Assembly: GCA_009692185.1 (NCBI GenBank)
Contig: SHZT01000005.1
Location: forward strand, 84,068 to 148,067
From: Gemmatimonadota bacterium
GTDB lineage: Bacteria; Gemmatimonadota; Gemmatimonadetes; Gemmatimonadales; GWC2-71-9
Direction: 5' to 3'
DNA length: 64,000 nt
Shown here piece after piece: positions 28,260 to 42,155 of this stretch. The number at the start of each line of letters is the position of its first letter. The stretch's first letter is position 1. The notes under the pieces were generated by a model, which made no database searches, was not told where the DNA came from, and saw only the letters and a list, made by a program, of their open reading frames with translations. The position numbers and the translations under genes were made by a program.

Positions 28260-28721
28260 CTACTGGGGTGGCTGGACCACCGACCCACCCAGTTCTTCGG
28301 ACCCGATCAGGCGGAATGACATCGCGACTCCGACCACGGATGCCGTGAAGAGTCCGGCCGCGAGCCAGCTGCGAGCCCGGTCAAGCCGGCGCTCCTGCAC
28401 CTGGCTCAGCGCGAAGCGTGGGAACGGCACGACCTCGTGGTTCCAGGGCGTGGATCGCCCGTCCCGCTGGTCCACTCGAAGCATCTGGAGCCGCCACGTA
28501 CCGGGTTCAACCGACACGACGATCCCTTCTACTTCGAGTGCGCCCGAACCAATGGCGTTGCCCATCGCGACGGCGCCGGAATCCGTGACTTCCGCCACGA
28601 TGCGCATTCCCGCCTGGGGAACCGGCTCGGTCAGCAGCCGCTGGGAATAGCACCCGCACAACGCGGCCAGCATGGCGAGCCAGGCTGGATGACGGGCGAA
28701 GGGCACGGCAGTTGAGGACAT
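28260..28721 (-). CDS. hypothetical lipoprotein
   Basis: 153 aa. Lipobox LAMLAALCGC. It has a C-terminal hydrophobic segment and lies downstream of the SusD-like gene on the same strand. Confidence 0.6.
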   Translation of the reverse strand: MSSTAVPFARHPAWLAMLAALCGCYSQRLLTEPVPQAGMRIVAEVTDSGAVAMGNAIGSGALEVEGIVVSVEPGTWRLQMLRVDQRDGRSTPWNHEVVPFPRFALSQVQERRLDRARSWLAAGLFTASVVGVAMSFRLIGSEELGGSVVQPPQ

Positions 28722-28805
28722 TACGAAAGGAATCTAGCGGGGCAGCGAAAACAATCGGCCTGCCCCTCGCGGGACAGGCCGATTGCGCTGCTCAACAGCC
28801 CGCCG

Positions 28806-30221
28806 TCATGGGCAGCGGTTGGGATCGTTCCAATTACGCACCGATGCCGCACCCGACGTGCCAGTGGGGAACGATGCCGGCAACGGGATATTCGGGTTGT
28901 TGGTGCGTTCCGCGGAGCCGTACGGCAGGCGGCCCAGCACCTCGACGCGCGTGGAGTAAGGCGTAATCGCCGGAATACACGTGCGCTTGTAGTCACTCCA
29001 GACATCAACGTTCTGGAACATGGCGATGTACTTCTCCAGCATGATGCCCTGGAGTGTCGCGGCACCAAGCGCAGGCAAGCCGACAATTGTGCGCACGTTG
29101 TTCATGTTGATGAGGGCCCCGGGCGCATCGCCGGTCTGGAACCTGGCCTCCGCCAAAATGAGCTGGGTCTCGGCCCACGTGATGAACGGCTGGCGGAACG
29201 TGTTGGACCGCCGGGTCACCGTGTTGACCACGGAGGGCGTACCGCCAACAGAGATGCCGTTTCGATCCATCCCGCAAACCGTTGTCGGCGGTGTCCCCAC
29301 ACAGCTGACGTCGAAGTACGCCGACAGGCGCGGGTCCGTGCGGGCCTTGAGAATGGACACCAGGGGGTCACCGGCCACGATATCCTGCCTGGAACCCAGG
29401 AACTGGGCCCAGATGTTGGCGTCCACGTTGAGCGTGCTGCCGTGCAGGGCGCGGAAGTCACCGGCCGCCTGGCCGTTCATCGCCGCTGCCGGTGTGGTCG
29501 CCGCTTCGTTGATACCCAGGTTCGCAGCCGTGATGGCCTGCGTGTACCGTGCCACACCGTCCCGCTCCACCAGGTGAAGGAGGAACCGCGCCTTGAGCGT
29601 GTACGCCGCCCGAATCCAGCGCCCCGGGTTGCCTCCGTAAATCAGGTCGGTCGCACCCGGGCCCGGGCCTACGCCCCCGAGCAGCGTGATGCCGTTGTCC
29701 AGCAGGGCGATCACCGCGGTGTAGATGGCCTGCTGCGTGTCGAGCTTGGGCGTCAGGATGACCGGATCGTTGGCCTCCCTGTATGGCAGGTCACCCCAGA
29801 TGGAGGCGGCCGTACCCATGGCGAATGCTTCCCAGATCTTCGCAATGCCTTCGTATTGGGCGTCACCGGCGGCCTTCGCCGCCGCCTGCACCTTCCGCAG
29901 GCCCACCAGACCAGCGCCCGTGTAGAAGGCGGACATGAATCCGCTCACGTCGCCCTCCACCACGCCGTACTGTGTTCCCTGCAACTGCTGCTGGTTGTTG
30001 CTGCCGATGATCTGCTGGGTATACATCCCGGCAAATCGGGCCAGTTGCCCTTCCATCAGCGTCATCATGTTCGCCTGGATGGCGACGAACTGCGCCGTCG
30101 TGGACGCCTCGGTGGCACTGTTGGGGTTCTCCGTCAATCCAGGCCCTTGCAGGAAATCGCCGCAACCCGCCGTAAGTACAGCGAGCGACAACGCGATTCC
30201 GGCCTTGGTAATCCGTTTCAT
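28806..30221 (-). CDS. SusD/RagB family nutrient-binding outer-membrane lipoprotein
   Basis: 471 aa. Lipobox LAVLTAGC. It has TPR-like helical SusD architecture and sits immediately downstream of a SusC-like gene with a 22-nt gap. Confidence 0.88.
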   Translation of the reverse strand: MKRITKAGIALSLAVLTAGCGDFLQGPGLTENPNSATEASTTAQFVAIQANMMTLMEGQLARFAGMYTQQIIGSNNQQQLQGTQYGVVEGDVSGFMSAFYTGAGLVGLRKVQAAAKAAGDAQYEGIAKIWEAFAMGTAASIWGDLPYREANDPVILTPKLDTQQAIYTAVIALLDNGITLLGGVGPGPGATDLIYGGNPGRWIRAAYTLKARFLLHLVERDGVARYTQAITAANLGINEAATTPAAAMNGQAAGDFRALHGSTLNVDANIWAQFLGSRQDIVAGDPLVSILKARTDPRLSAYFDVSCVGTPPTTVCGMDRNGISVGGTPSVVNTVTRRSNTFRQPFITWAETQLILAEARFQTGDAPGALINMNNVRTIVGLPALGAATLQGIMLEKYIAMFQNVDVWSDYKRTCIPAITPYSTRVEVLGRLPYGSAERTNNPNIPLPASFPTGTSGAASVRNWNDPNRCP

Positions 30222-30243
30222 GGTCGGGTTCCTCGCGTTGGCG

Positions 30244-33200
30244 TTAGTGAGTGAGGGTCACGGTCACGATGAACGACCGCGCCAGCGGGTTGTTGAACCA
30301 GTCAATACCCCGGTTAGCCGCCTCGGCGCCGCCAAGGTTGGTTTCCGGATCGAACCCGGAGTAGTTGGTCCACAGCTTGAGATTGCGAGCGGACAGCTTC
30401 ACGTCGAGCTCACGCATGCCCGCCAGTGTCCGGAGCCAGCTACCCGTCACCGCGTAGCTGATGGAGACTTCCCGGAGGCGTGTGTTGGTACCGTCTTCGA
30501 TGCGGTTGGTCACCGGGCCGCCGACGCTGCCCAAGCCGGTGAACCACGCCTCGCTGATCGGGACCGCCAACCCGGCGCCCGGGCCGACAACCGGCCCATT
30601 GAACACGTCGCAGGTCTTGTTCGAACAGAGCCAATCACTGCCGAACGTGTGCAGCGTGCCACGCAACTCCGTGTCCTTGTGAGTGCCGTACCCGTACGTC
30701 GAGGCACGCGTCATGTTGAGCACGTCACCACCCTGCCGGGTGTCAACGAAGGCGGAGACCTTGACGCCCTTGATGTTCATCTCGGCCGAGAGACCGCCGG
30801 TCCAGTCGGGCTGCGGATCGCCGACAACCCGGGTGTTGGGATCCGTAATGGGATACCCGCTGGCGGCGATGTACAGCGTGCCGTCCGCCTGGCCGGTGCA
30901 GGCCGCGCCAACGTTGTCCGCGCCGATCGTGGTGAGGTTCCGGCCGCAGCGCGCGAAGTCGACGCCGCGCCACACGCCCAGCGGATAGCCGACTTGCGCG
31001 TTCGTGGCCTGGCCGGCAAACGAGCTGGAGAACCCGATGACGCACCGCGGCAACAGCGCGGTGGGGCCGCAGTTCTCCGCCGTCGGCATCAGCACCGCGC
31101 CGGAGAGCTGGGCGTCAATCGCGCCCAGTCCGGTGACCAGGTTGCGGTTCTTCGCCCAGTTGGCGCCGATTTCGAGCGTGAACCCGCGCGTCTGGATCGG
31201 CCGGATGTTCAGCGTGGCTTCCCAGCCCTTGTTCTCGAGGCTGGCTGCATTGAGCACTTGGCTGGTGTAGCCGGTCGACGGCGGAGTGCCGACCGCGAAC
31301 ACCACGTCGGACGACTTCGACATGTAACGGGTCAGCGTGATGTCTGCCCGGCCGCGAACCATGCTCAGGTCAAACCCGGCCTCGAGTTCCCGCACCCGCT
31401 CCGGCTTGATGGTGGGATTGCCCTTGGATGCCGACGTGTACAACCCGCCAATGCCGTTCTGCGTGGGGCTCAGGATGGAGCCAGGGTTGAAGTCGGAGAA
31501 GGTGCCTGCACTGAAGATGTCCTGCGTCTGGTAGATGGGCGGCTGCTGGCCCGTCTCACCATAGGCCACGCGCAACTTGCCGTAGTTCACCAGCACTTCG
31601 GGAAGCTTGAGGGCCTTGGTGAAGCTCCAGGCCGCGCTGCCGCCCGGGTACCACGCTCGCTGGGAATTCACGCCGAAACGCGAGTTGCCGTCGTTCCGGA
31701 CCCGCCCCTGGAGGAAGATCTGGTCCAGGAGGTCCACGTTCGCCTGGAAGAAGTAGCCCTCGATCCGCGTCCGGGTCTCGGCGTCATCCGGCGTCTCGCG
31801 GGAAACCGTGTTCGACAGCTTGAAGGGCTGGGGCGCGATCCACGTGCGGCCCACCACGCTGATATTGCGGTAGTAGGTCTCGTTGAGGTTCTGGCCGACG
31901 GTCCCGCTGATGTGGAAATTCTTCGAGGGCTCGTGATTCGCCGTCGCGGTCAGCGTGTGGTCGAGGATGCGGTCATAGAACTGCCACCGCGTGTCCTGCC
32001 CACCCACCGCACCGCCGGAGCTGGAGATCGGGAACGCCTCGACCCGGTCGTCGTTGTTGTAGTCGGCCCCCACGGTCTCGTTGAACGTCAGCCACGTCAA
32101 GGGCTGGTAGCTAGCCTGGATGTTGCCGAAGAACCGGCCCGTCTCGGCGCTGCTCACGGCCTCATGGATGAAGTAGAACGGGTTGTCGAACCCGCGATTG
32201 TTGGTCACGGCTGTCGGGCCCGGCATGGGGAAGCGCCAGGAGCGGTGCAGCTTGGTGGTGGGATCCAGGTACTGCTGGTTGTTGAAATCGGGCGGCGTGC
32301 GGAGGGCGCCCAGCAGCCCACCAAGGGAGTTGCCCCGCTGGTTGCCGCGGCCCTTGGTCTGCACGTAGGAACCCGTCACGCGGACGTTCAGGTTGTCCAC
32401 GATCGCATGCGAACCGTTGAAACGCGCGGTATAGCGCTTCCAGTAGTCGCTGTCACCCGTCATGAAGCCGTTGTCAACCAGCGCTCCGCCCGACAGGTAG
32501 AACGTCGTGCGGTCGGTCCCGCCGGACATGGAAATCGTGTTGTCCAGCGTCACGCCGGTCTCGTACATCTCCCTCGCGTGATCGTAGATCGGCGTGCCTG
32601 CCGGCAGCGCAGGACCATAAGAGAAGAAGCTGGCGGAGATCGAGCAATTGATCACCGCGCAGTTGCTCGACACGCCGGCGGCGCCGACGCCATAAGTGGT
32701 CTGCAACGGGATGAACTGCACCGGCTTGTTCGACTGGTAGGTCGAGCGAATCGAGTAGGTCGTGCGCCCGGCCAGGCCCCGTTTCGTGGTAATCAGGATC
32801 GCGCCCGCCGAGCCCGCGCTGGCCCCATAGATGGAGCTGGCCGCCGCGCCTTTCAGGATCTCGACCGATTCGATGTCGTCGGGGTTGATGTCCGAGGCGC
32901 GGTTCGGCGACACGGCGCCCTGCAGGGATCCGGCCGTGTTGCGGCTCGAATTGTTGATGGGGACACCGTCCACCACGATCAGCGGCTGGCTGGTGCCAAA
33001 CGACTTCGCCCCGCGAATCTGGATGGACGTCGAGGCGCCGGCGTCACCGCTTTGCTGATTGGTCAGCACGTTCGGCACCTTGCCCGCCAGGGCCTGCACG
33101 ATATTCCGCTCGTTGGAGCGCAGCACGTCGGTGGCCGAAACGTTCGCGACCATCGTCCCGAGTCGCTCACCCCGCGCCTCCGTACCGGCGCCCGTGATGA

Positions 33201-33588
33201 CGATCTCCTCGAGGCGGAACGGATCCGCGTCGAGCGAGAAGTCCTGGGAAAGCGAACCGCCGGACGCAAGCGTCACCATCGCCGAGCGCATGCGGAAGCC
33301 GATCAGCCGGACCGTCACCTCCACTTGTGCGGTCGAAACGCGGGCGCCCGGCACGGCAAGCCGGTACGTCCCGTTCGGGGCCGTATACGTGAGGAGGCTC
33401 ATCGAGGGAATCGCGACCATCGCCTGGCTCACCGGATCACCCGACTGGGTGGTCACCTTGCCGGTAAGCGTCGCGGGCGCCTGGCCGGCCAATGAAGCCG
33501 GCAGCAAGACCAGCGCTGCTAAAAGGCCGGTAGTCAGGCGCGTGTACGCCTTCAGACGGTTGAGGAGCATATGAACTCTCCGGGGCAT
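30244..33588 (-). CDS. SusC/RagA family TonB-linked outer-membrane protein
   Basis: 1114 aa. Its N-terminal CarboxypepD_reg domain is LTGKVTTQSGDPVSQAMVAIP...NGTYRL. The plug carries IVITGAG...VEILKGAAASSIYG. A long beta-barrel ends ...FIVTVTLTH. Confidence 0.92.
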   Translation of the reverse strand: MPRRVHMLLNRLKAYTRLTTGLLAALVLLPASLAGQAPATLTGKVTTQSGDPVSQAMVAIPSMSLLTYTAPNGTYRLAVPGARVSTAQVEVTVRLIGFRMRSAMVTLASGGSLSQDFSLDADPFRLEEIVITGAGTEARGERLGTMVANVSATDVLRSNERNIVQALAGKVPNVLTNQQSGDAGASTSIQIRGAKSFGTSQPLIVVDGVPINNSSRNTAGSLQGAVSPNRASDINPDDIESVEILKGAAASSIYGASAGSAGAILITTKRGLAGRTTYSIRSTYQSNKPVQFIPLQTTYGVGAAGVSSNCAVINCSISASFFSYGPALPAGTPIYDHAREMYETGVTLDNTISMSGGTDRTTFYLSGGALVDNGFMTGDSDYWKRYTARFNGSHAIVDNLNVRVTGSYVQTKGRGNQRGNSLGGLLGALRTPPDFNNQQYLDPTTKLHRSWRFPMPGPTAVTNNRGFDNPFYFIHEAVSSAETGRFFGNIQASYQPLTWLTFNETVGADYNNDDRVEAFPISSSGGAVGGQDTRWQFYDRILDHTLTATANHEPSKNFHISGTVGQNLNETYYRNISVVGRTWIAPQPFKLSNTVSRETPDDAETRTRIEGYFFQANVDLLDQIFLQGRVRNDGNSRFGVNSQRAWYPGGSAAWSFTKALKLPEVLVNYGKLRVAYGETGQQPPIYQTQDIFSAGTFSDFNPGSILSPTQNGIGGLYTSASKGNPTIKPERVRELEAGFDLSMVRGRADITLTRYMSKSSDVVFAVGTPPSTGYTSQVLNAASLENKGWEATLNIRPIQTRGFTLEIGANWAKNRNLVTGLGAIDAQLSGAVLMPTAENCGPTALLPRCVIGFSSSFAGQATNAQVGYPLGVWRGVDFARCGRNLTTIGADNVGAACTGQADGTLYIAASGYPITDPNTRVVGDPQPDWTGGLSAEMNIKGVKVSAFVDTRQGGDVLNMTRASTYGYGTHKDTELRGTLHTFGSDWLCSNKTCDVFNGPVVGPGAGLAVPISEAWFTGLGSVGGPVTNRIEDGTNTRLREVSISYAVTGSWLRTLAGMRELDVKLSARNLKLWTNYSGFDPETNLGGAEAANRGIDWFNNPLARSFIVTVTLTH

Positions 33589-33842
33589 GGGAAACCTGGC
33601 GCGGTCCTTACGAACCGTGCATGAACTCGGGACATGATGAGCCTGGCGGGCGGCAGAACGGGCATGAACGCCTCACACCGTTACAACCTGGCGAAAAAAG
33701 TTGCCAACGTGAACCGTCCGTTGCAGAACGGTACAGTCTCCCTCATATACGCTCTGCGGTCGGACGCGTCAAGAGAAGGGTCGCACAAAACACTGCGCGA
33801 CCTCAAGTAACTCAATACGGCACAATCACATAGGACTAGGTA

Positions 33843-34250
33843 CTATTGGGCGGGCGGGACCTGTGGCGGTACAATTATGCCTTCGAAGGTGAACGACCGC
33901 GGCACGATGAACCCGGCAGTCAGCACAGTCGCCACCAAGTCTCCGAGGCGGCTGCGGACGCGGATCCGCAGGTTGGCCACCTGCTGGCCGCCGGTGATCT
34001 GGCCCGCCAATACTCGCTCGAGTGACGGCTGCGAGGCTGCCGCCAGCCCCCACAACAGGTAGACGCCGGTCCTGGTGATGTGGAACTCCTCACCTTGCGG
34101 CTGGGCGCCAGGGCCGGCTGACAACATGGTGTTCGCACCCAGCGTGCGGGCATCGAACGTCATGGCGCACCCGCTGACGCCCATCGTTCCGATCAGTAAC
34201 AGCGCCATGGCGGCCGCGCGGCGCGCGGCGGCATTCAAGTTGGGCGTCAT
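33843..34250 (-). CDS. small lipoprotein, possibly Bor-like
   Basis: ATG 34250 gives MTPNLNAAARRAAAMALLLIGTMGVSGC (lipobox). The size and the C-terminal pattern (..LTAGFIVPRSFTFEG) resemble Bor/Iss-type lipoproteins. The similarity was judged by eye only. Confidence 0.45.
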   Translation of the reverse strand: MTPNLNAAARRAAAMALLLIGTMGVSGCAMTFDARTLGANTMLSAGPGAQPQGEEFHITRTGVYLLWGLAAASQPSLERVLAGQITGGQQVANLRIRVRSRLGDLVATVLTAGFIVPRSFTFEGIIVPPQVPPAQ

Positions 34251-34344
34251 CCGCTCCGTTGGTGACGGGTCAAAAAAGAGGCGCTCCCTGATACCCGGGA
34301 GCGCCTCAAAAAGTAGCAGGACGGGACCGCGAACGGTACCGGAC

Positions 34345-35109
34345 TCAGATTCCGGGCACGATCGGCACACCCGGAAGGCCGGGGAGCTTGAGGCTGTAGT
34401 GGAGTCCAATGCCCAGGGTCATCCGCTCGATTTTGTTCCGTTGGGACGCGATCGGGCTCGTCAGCTTCGCGGCGTACGACACCCAGTCCAGCGCCACGTG
34501 TACCCCCACCCCGATCGGCAGGCCCAGGTTGATGCCCCCGGACGCGCCGTAGCCGAGCTGAGTGCCCGACGTCGTGGCGCCGCCGGCCGTTCCGGTGCTG
34601 ACCGAGTTCACCTGCACCCGGCCCGCGACCCAGGGCTCGATAGACGCGCCCGGCGTCGGAACGTTGAGCGCAATACCAAGACCGACCGGGACGTTGACGG
34701 CCTTCGTGGCGAATGTCCCCGTGCCGACCTTGAGGAAGCCGGCCCCGGCCTGCAGGCTGACGGCCACGGGAATGAGCGGCGCTCCGAACACCTTGAGTGC
34801 CATGGTCCCCATATACTGCAGTTCATTCGTCTGCGCGGTGACCTTGGGGTCGTAAACCCCGGCGCCAAGCCCGACCGTGATGAACGGGAGGCCGAGACTC
34901 ACGCGCCCGCCGATGGTCGAGGGCTTCTGCGCGGACGTGATGCCGCCGACCGTATTGCTCACGGTACGCCCGAAATCGCCCGCGATGGTGATACCGGTCC
35001 CGCCCTTCGGATTGAAATGCACCGGCAGGCCCTGGAGCTGCCCCGCCGCAGGCCGGGCGCCGAGGATGGACCCGAATCCGAACAGGACCATGATAAACAA
35101 CCGTTTCAT
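34345..35109 (-). CDS. outer-membrane beta-barrel protein (porin-family fold), function unknown
   Basis: Signal peptide MKRLFIMVLFGFGSILGARPAAGQ. It is Gly-rich with alternating strands. Confidence 0.6.
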   Translation of the reverse strand: MKRLFIMVLFGFGSILGARPAAGQLQGLPVHFNPKGGTGITIAGDFGRTVSNTVGGITSAQKPSTIGGRVSLGLPFITVGLGAGVYDPKVTAQTNELQYMGTMALKVFGAPLIPVAVSLQAGAGFLKVGTGTFATKAVNVPVGLGIALNVPTPGASIEPWVAGRVQVNSVSTGTAGGATTSGTQLGYGASGGINLGLPIGVGVHVALDWVSYAAKLTSPIASQRNKIERMTLGIGLHYSLKLPGLPGVPIVPGI

Positions 35110-35142
35110 ACTTCTATCATCATTTGGGAGACTCTCGCTCTC

Positions 35143-35739
35143 TTAGTGCACCCACACGGCGCTGAACGCGATGCCCTGAACGTCCCCGAAGCCGATGCTC
35201 ACGCGTGCGTCGAGGACACTGCTCAGGCGGAAATCCGCGCCCAAACCCAGTGCTAAGAGTACATCAGTGCCGCCGCCCGAGGCGAGGTACAGCACCGGTT
35301 CCACATAGGGAACGATACTGACCGGGGAGTCCTTGGGGTCGATGCGGCGGCCCAGCGAGAGGCCGCCCATCAGGAGCGTTTGGGAGGAATTGTTGGCGAA
35401 CCGCCCGCCCACGCCCACGATCAGCGCGCCATCGGCCGGAAACTTGTCCGTGTGCGTGATTACCCGGGCTCGTCCCTCAACGCCCAGCACAAACAACGTC
35501 GTCGCTCCCGCGTCCACGAACCCGCCGCGGACGCCGACGTCGAACCGCTGGTAGCCGAACCGGTACTGGCCTTCCACCCCGACATTGCCGCCGCGGGGGA
35601 AGCTGATGGTGCCGCCGAATTCGTGCCGGCTAAACGCACGGTAGGGTGCATTGAACGAAGGTGTTCCCGTTGCCTGTGCCGCCAGGTGTCCGGAAACTCC
35701 GCCCAGCAATACGACGAAAAGAAACGCGTTGCGCTGCAT
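35143..35739 (-). CDS. outer-membrane beta-barrel protein (8-strand OmpA/OmpW-like size), function unknown
   Basis: Signal peptide MQRNAFLFVVLLGGVSGHLAAQ. It shows alternating strand patterning and ends ..IAFSAVWVH. Confidence 0.6.
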   Translation of the reverse strand: MQRNAFLFVVLLGGVSGHLAAQATGTPSFNAPYRAFSRHEFGGTISFPRGGNVGVEGQYRFGYQRFDVGVRGGFVDAGATTLFVLGVEGRARVITHTDKFPADGALIVGVGGRFANNSSQTLLMGGLSLGRRIDPKDSPVSIVPYVEPVLYLASGGGTDVLLALGLGADFRLSSVLDARVSIGFGDVQGIAFSAVWVH

Positions 35740-35741
35740 TC

Positions 35742-39834
<4,093 letters not shown>

Positions 39835-39917
39835 GTATCGATGAGTGGGAAAGGGTGGTGGAAAAGGCTTGTGAAAAATATCACAAAGTCCCGATACCGC
39901 AACCAGACCTGCAGCGC

Positions 39918-40682
39918 CTACAGTCTACTTCTCGTACGGCCTTTCAGGAATCTCGACAGGACCTGCCGGACGCCGAGGCGCGGAAGCTCGAGCGGGGTCG
40001 CCCCCGCGATGCGCCGGGAACTCGCCGCGAGGTGACTGGGTGAAGCAAACCGGAGCACGCGACCCACGGTCATCACGTCGTAGCCCGGATTCGTAAGGAG
40101 GTCGGCCGCGCAGCAGATCCGCGCGAGGTCGATCACCCGCTTGAGGTTGGGAGCTCCGCCTGCCGCGAACTCGCGCGACAGGTGTTCGCGAGTGAGGCCG
40201 AGGCCCCGGGCAATGTCGGCGGTCCGGGCCCGGGAGCCGACCGAAAGGAGCACGGCTTCCCAGATCCTGATCTGAATAGGTTCGGTCAAGCGGAGGAGAG
40301 CCGGTGCATCCCGCAACTCCACCTGACGGCGGCGGCTCGCGGTCCGTGCCGCGATCACCTCGCCCGTCACCGCCTCGTCCACGCCCGTTTCCAGCACCCG
40401 CACCCCCGCGCGCCGGCAGGCCACCAAGAGCTGCCCGTCGTCCGGGCGGAACGAGGACACGGCGAACAGCGGAATGCGGGGGAAGCGACCGACGAACCGG
40501 AACGTCGTATCCGCGAGCCGGGCGCGGACGTCCACCACCACGGCGTCCACCACTTCGCGGGCCAGCAGGGATTCCACCCCGTCCAGCCCGCCGCACCCGA
40601 GGACCCGGGCGCCCCTCCTCACTCCGCGGCGAACGGCGCCGCGAACCGCGGCACTCCGATGTACCACCGCGATCACCGCCAC
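39918..40682 (-). CDS. AraC-family HTH transcriptional regulator with degenerate receiver-like N-terminal domain
   Basis: GTG 40682 lies 1 nt after the Nudix stop. The C-terminal AraC HTH is [19 protein letters not shown]...[23 protein letters not shown]. The N-terminal alpha/beta region has a VVVDV strand but lacks the acidic DD pair and the Lys of true receivers. Confidence 0.68.
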   Translation of the reverse strand: MAVIAVVHRSAAVRGAVRRGVRRGARVLGCGGLDGVESLLAREVVDAVVVDVRARLADTTFRFVGRFPRIPLFAVSSFRPDDGQLLVACRRAGVRVLETGVDEAVTGEVIAARTASRRRQVELRDAPALLRLTEPIQIRIWEAVLLSVGSRARTADIARGLGLTREHLSREFAAGGAPNLKRVIDLARICCAADLLTNPGYDVMTVGRVLRFASPSHLAASSRRIAGATPLELPRLGVRQVLSRFLKGRTRSRL

Positions 40683-40683
40683 T

Positions 40684-41148
40684 TCAGGACCCCAGGGCGG
40701 TTTTCCGTTCGCCGTCCGGCGCACCGACCATGCGGGCGGCGGCCTGGAGCACCGTACGCGAATTCTCCCAGATGGTGGACCTGAGCGCCTCCTCCAGGGA
40801 GTGCCACGAGCAGGCGGTGATGCCCTCTTCGCTCTGCGGAACGACGTCACCGTACGGCGACTCGAACAGGAAAAGATGACAGTCCTTGTGGATCAGCTCG
40901 CCGCGGGCCCGGAAGTACCAGTCGATGACGCCCAGTTCACCGTGCAGCACCAGGTCAGCCAAGCCGGTTTCCTCTGCCACCTCCCGGCGGGCCGCATCGA
41001 GCGGAGATTCGCCGTCGCGGAGGTGACCCTTGGGGAAGCCCCAATTCCGGTTCCCGTCGAGAATGAGCAAGTAGCGTGGGCCGGCGGGGGAGCGGCGAAA
41101 CACCACGCCTCCGGCGCTGGTTTCACGCCGGGCTCGCCCCCGCGCCAC
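40684..41148 (-). CDS. Nudix hydrolase
   Basis: The Nudix box is GFPKGHLRDGESPLDAARREVAEETGL. Its ATG sits in the same ATCAT-type junction as the mlaD stop. Confidence 0.9.
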   Translation of the reverse strand: MARGRARRETSAGGVVFRRSPAGPRYLLILDGNRNWGFPKGHLRDGESPLDAARREVAEETGLADLVLHGELGVIDWYFRARGELIHKDCHLFLFESPYGDVVPQSEEGITACSWHSLEEALRSTIWENSRTVLQAAARMVGAPDGERKTALGS

Positions 41149-42155
41149 TAGAACACCTTGAAGGAGAAGTATTTCCTGGGGTTGGCCTGGATGTCCGCCA
41201 GCAGCCGCTCGAACTGCATCACGGCCTTGGTAGCCTCGACATAGAGGGTGGTGTCACCGAGCAGGAGCCCGGCAGTGCTGCGGCGGTCCATGATCCGGGT
41301 CATCATGGTGTCGGCGCCCTGGATGATCCGCTGGATGGACTCCTGGTTGCGGTGCGCGACGGCCATCACGTCCCTGAGGCTCTGGGTCGCCTCCCGCGCG
41401 TTCACCGCCGCCGCCTGGGCGTTGGAGAGAATCGTGACCAGTTCACCCTCGTTGGTAGCGGAATCGATGCGGGCAAGGGAGTTCGACAGGCTCCGTGCGG
41501 CTTCGGCCAGTACGTCGGAACCCTGCTGGAGGTTCGTGCCGACGTTGCCGAGAATGCTCGACTGCTGCTGGGTGAATCGCGCCAGCTGGTCGGCAACGCG
41601 CCCGAAGTCTTTGACGGACTTCTGCACCTCCGCCACGGCGGAGGAGTCGAAGGCCGTCTGGATGCGGGACGACACGCTGGCGATGTCGCCGGCGATACGC
41701 CCGGCCTGCGCGGTCAGCTGGCCGATGTCCGGCAGGGTGGCGCCGGGCCACATCTGGCCCCCGACGGCGGCGGCCTCGTCCAGCTCGCGGCGCAGGGCCG
41801 GGTCGTCAAACGGCTGGTCGAAGGCCACGATGCTCGCCTGCCACTCGCCGAAGAGCGATCCCGACGCGGCGATGATGGCCGGCCGGACCGGCAGGGTGGC
41901 GTCCTGGTAGATCTGGAGCTCGGCCTCGACCCAGTTCTTCTGACCCAGACGGATTTCCTTGACCCGGCCTACCCGGACGCCCCGCAGGACGACCGGGTCG
42001 CCCACGCCGAGCCCGCCCACGGTACGGAACCGGGCGGAGCTGGTTTGGGACGCTCCCCCGAACTGGGCATGGGAAAGCCACAGCGCGCCCGCCACCACGA
42101 TCACGAGCACGCCGAAGATAGTCGCGCCGACGACGATCTCGTCCCGGCGCTTCAC
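41148..42155 (-). CDS. mlaD: MlaD/MCE-domain protein (substrate-binding component of Mla-type lipid ABC transporter)
   Basis: It has an N-terminal TM segment, then the MCE domain ..FRTVGGLGVGDPVVLRGVRVGRVKEIRL.., then a long helical C-terminal region. Confidence 0.85.
   Translation of the reverse strand: MKRRDEIVVGATIFGVLVIVVAGALWLSHAQFGGASQTSSARFRTVGGLGVGDPVVLRGVRVGRVKEIRLGQKNWVEAELQIYQDATLPVRPAIIAASGSLFGEWQASIVAFDQPFDDPALRRELDEAAAVGGQMWPGATLPDIGQLTAQAGRIAGDIASVSSRIQTAFDSSAVAEVQKSVKDFGRVADQLARFTQQQSSILGNVGTNLQQGSDVLAEAARSLSNSLARIDSATNEGELVTILSNAQAAAVNAREATQSLRDVMAVAHRNQESIQRIIQGADTMMTRIMDRRSTAGLLLGDTTLYVEATKAVMQFERLLADIQANPRKYFSFKVF

Noticed and set aside
33589-33842. 254-bp gap upstream of the SusC-like gene as a possible regulatory RNA or small gene
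   Set aside because: I found no ORF with coding bias, no strong hairpins and no recognisable motif. It is most simply the promoter region of the SusC-like operon, and I could not support anything more specific by eye.
39918-40850. Full 310-aa ORF for the AraC-type regulator, overlapping the Nudix gene
   Set aside because: The first 56 codons overlap the Nudix hydrolase gene in another frame and are Arg/Pro-rich. GTG 40682, 1 nt after the Nudix stop, gives a compact operon-consistent start.
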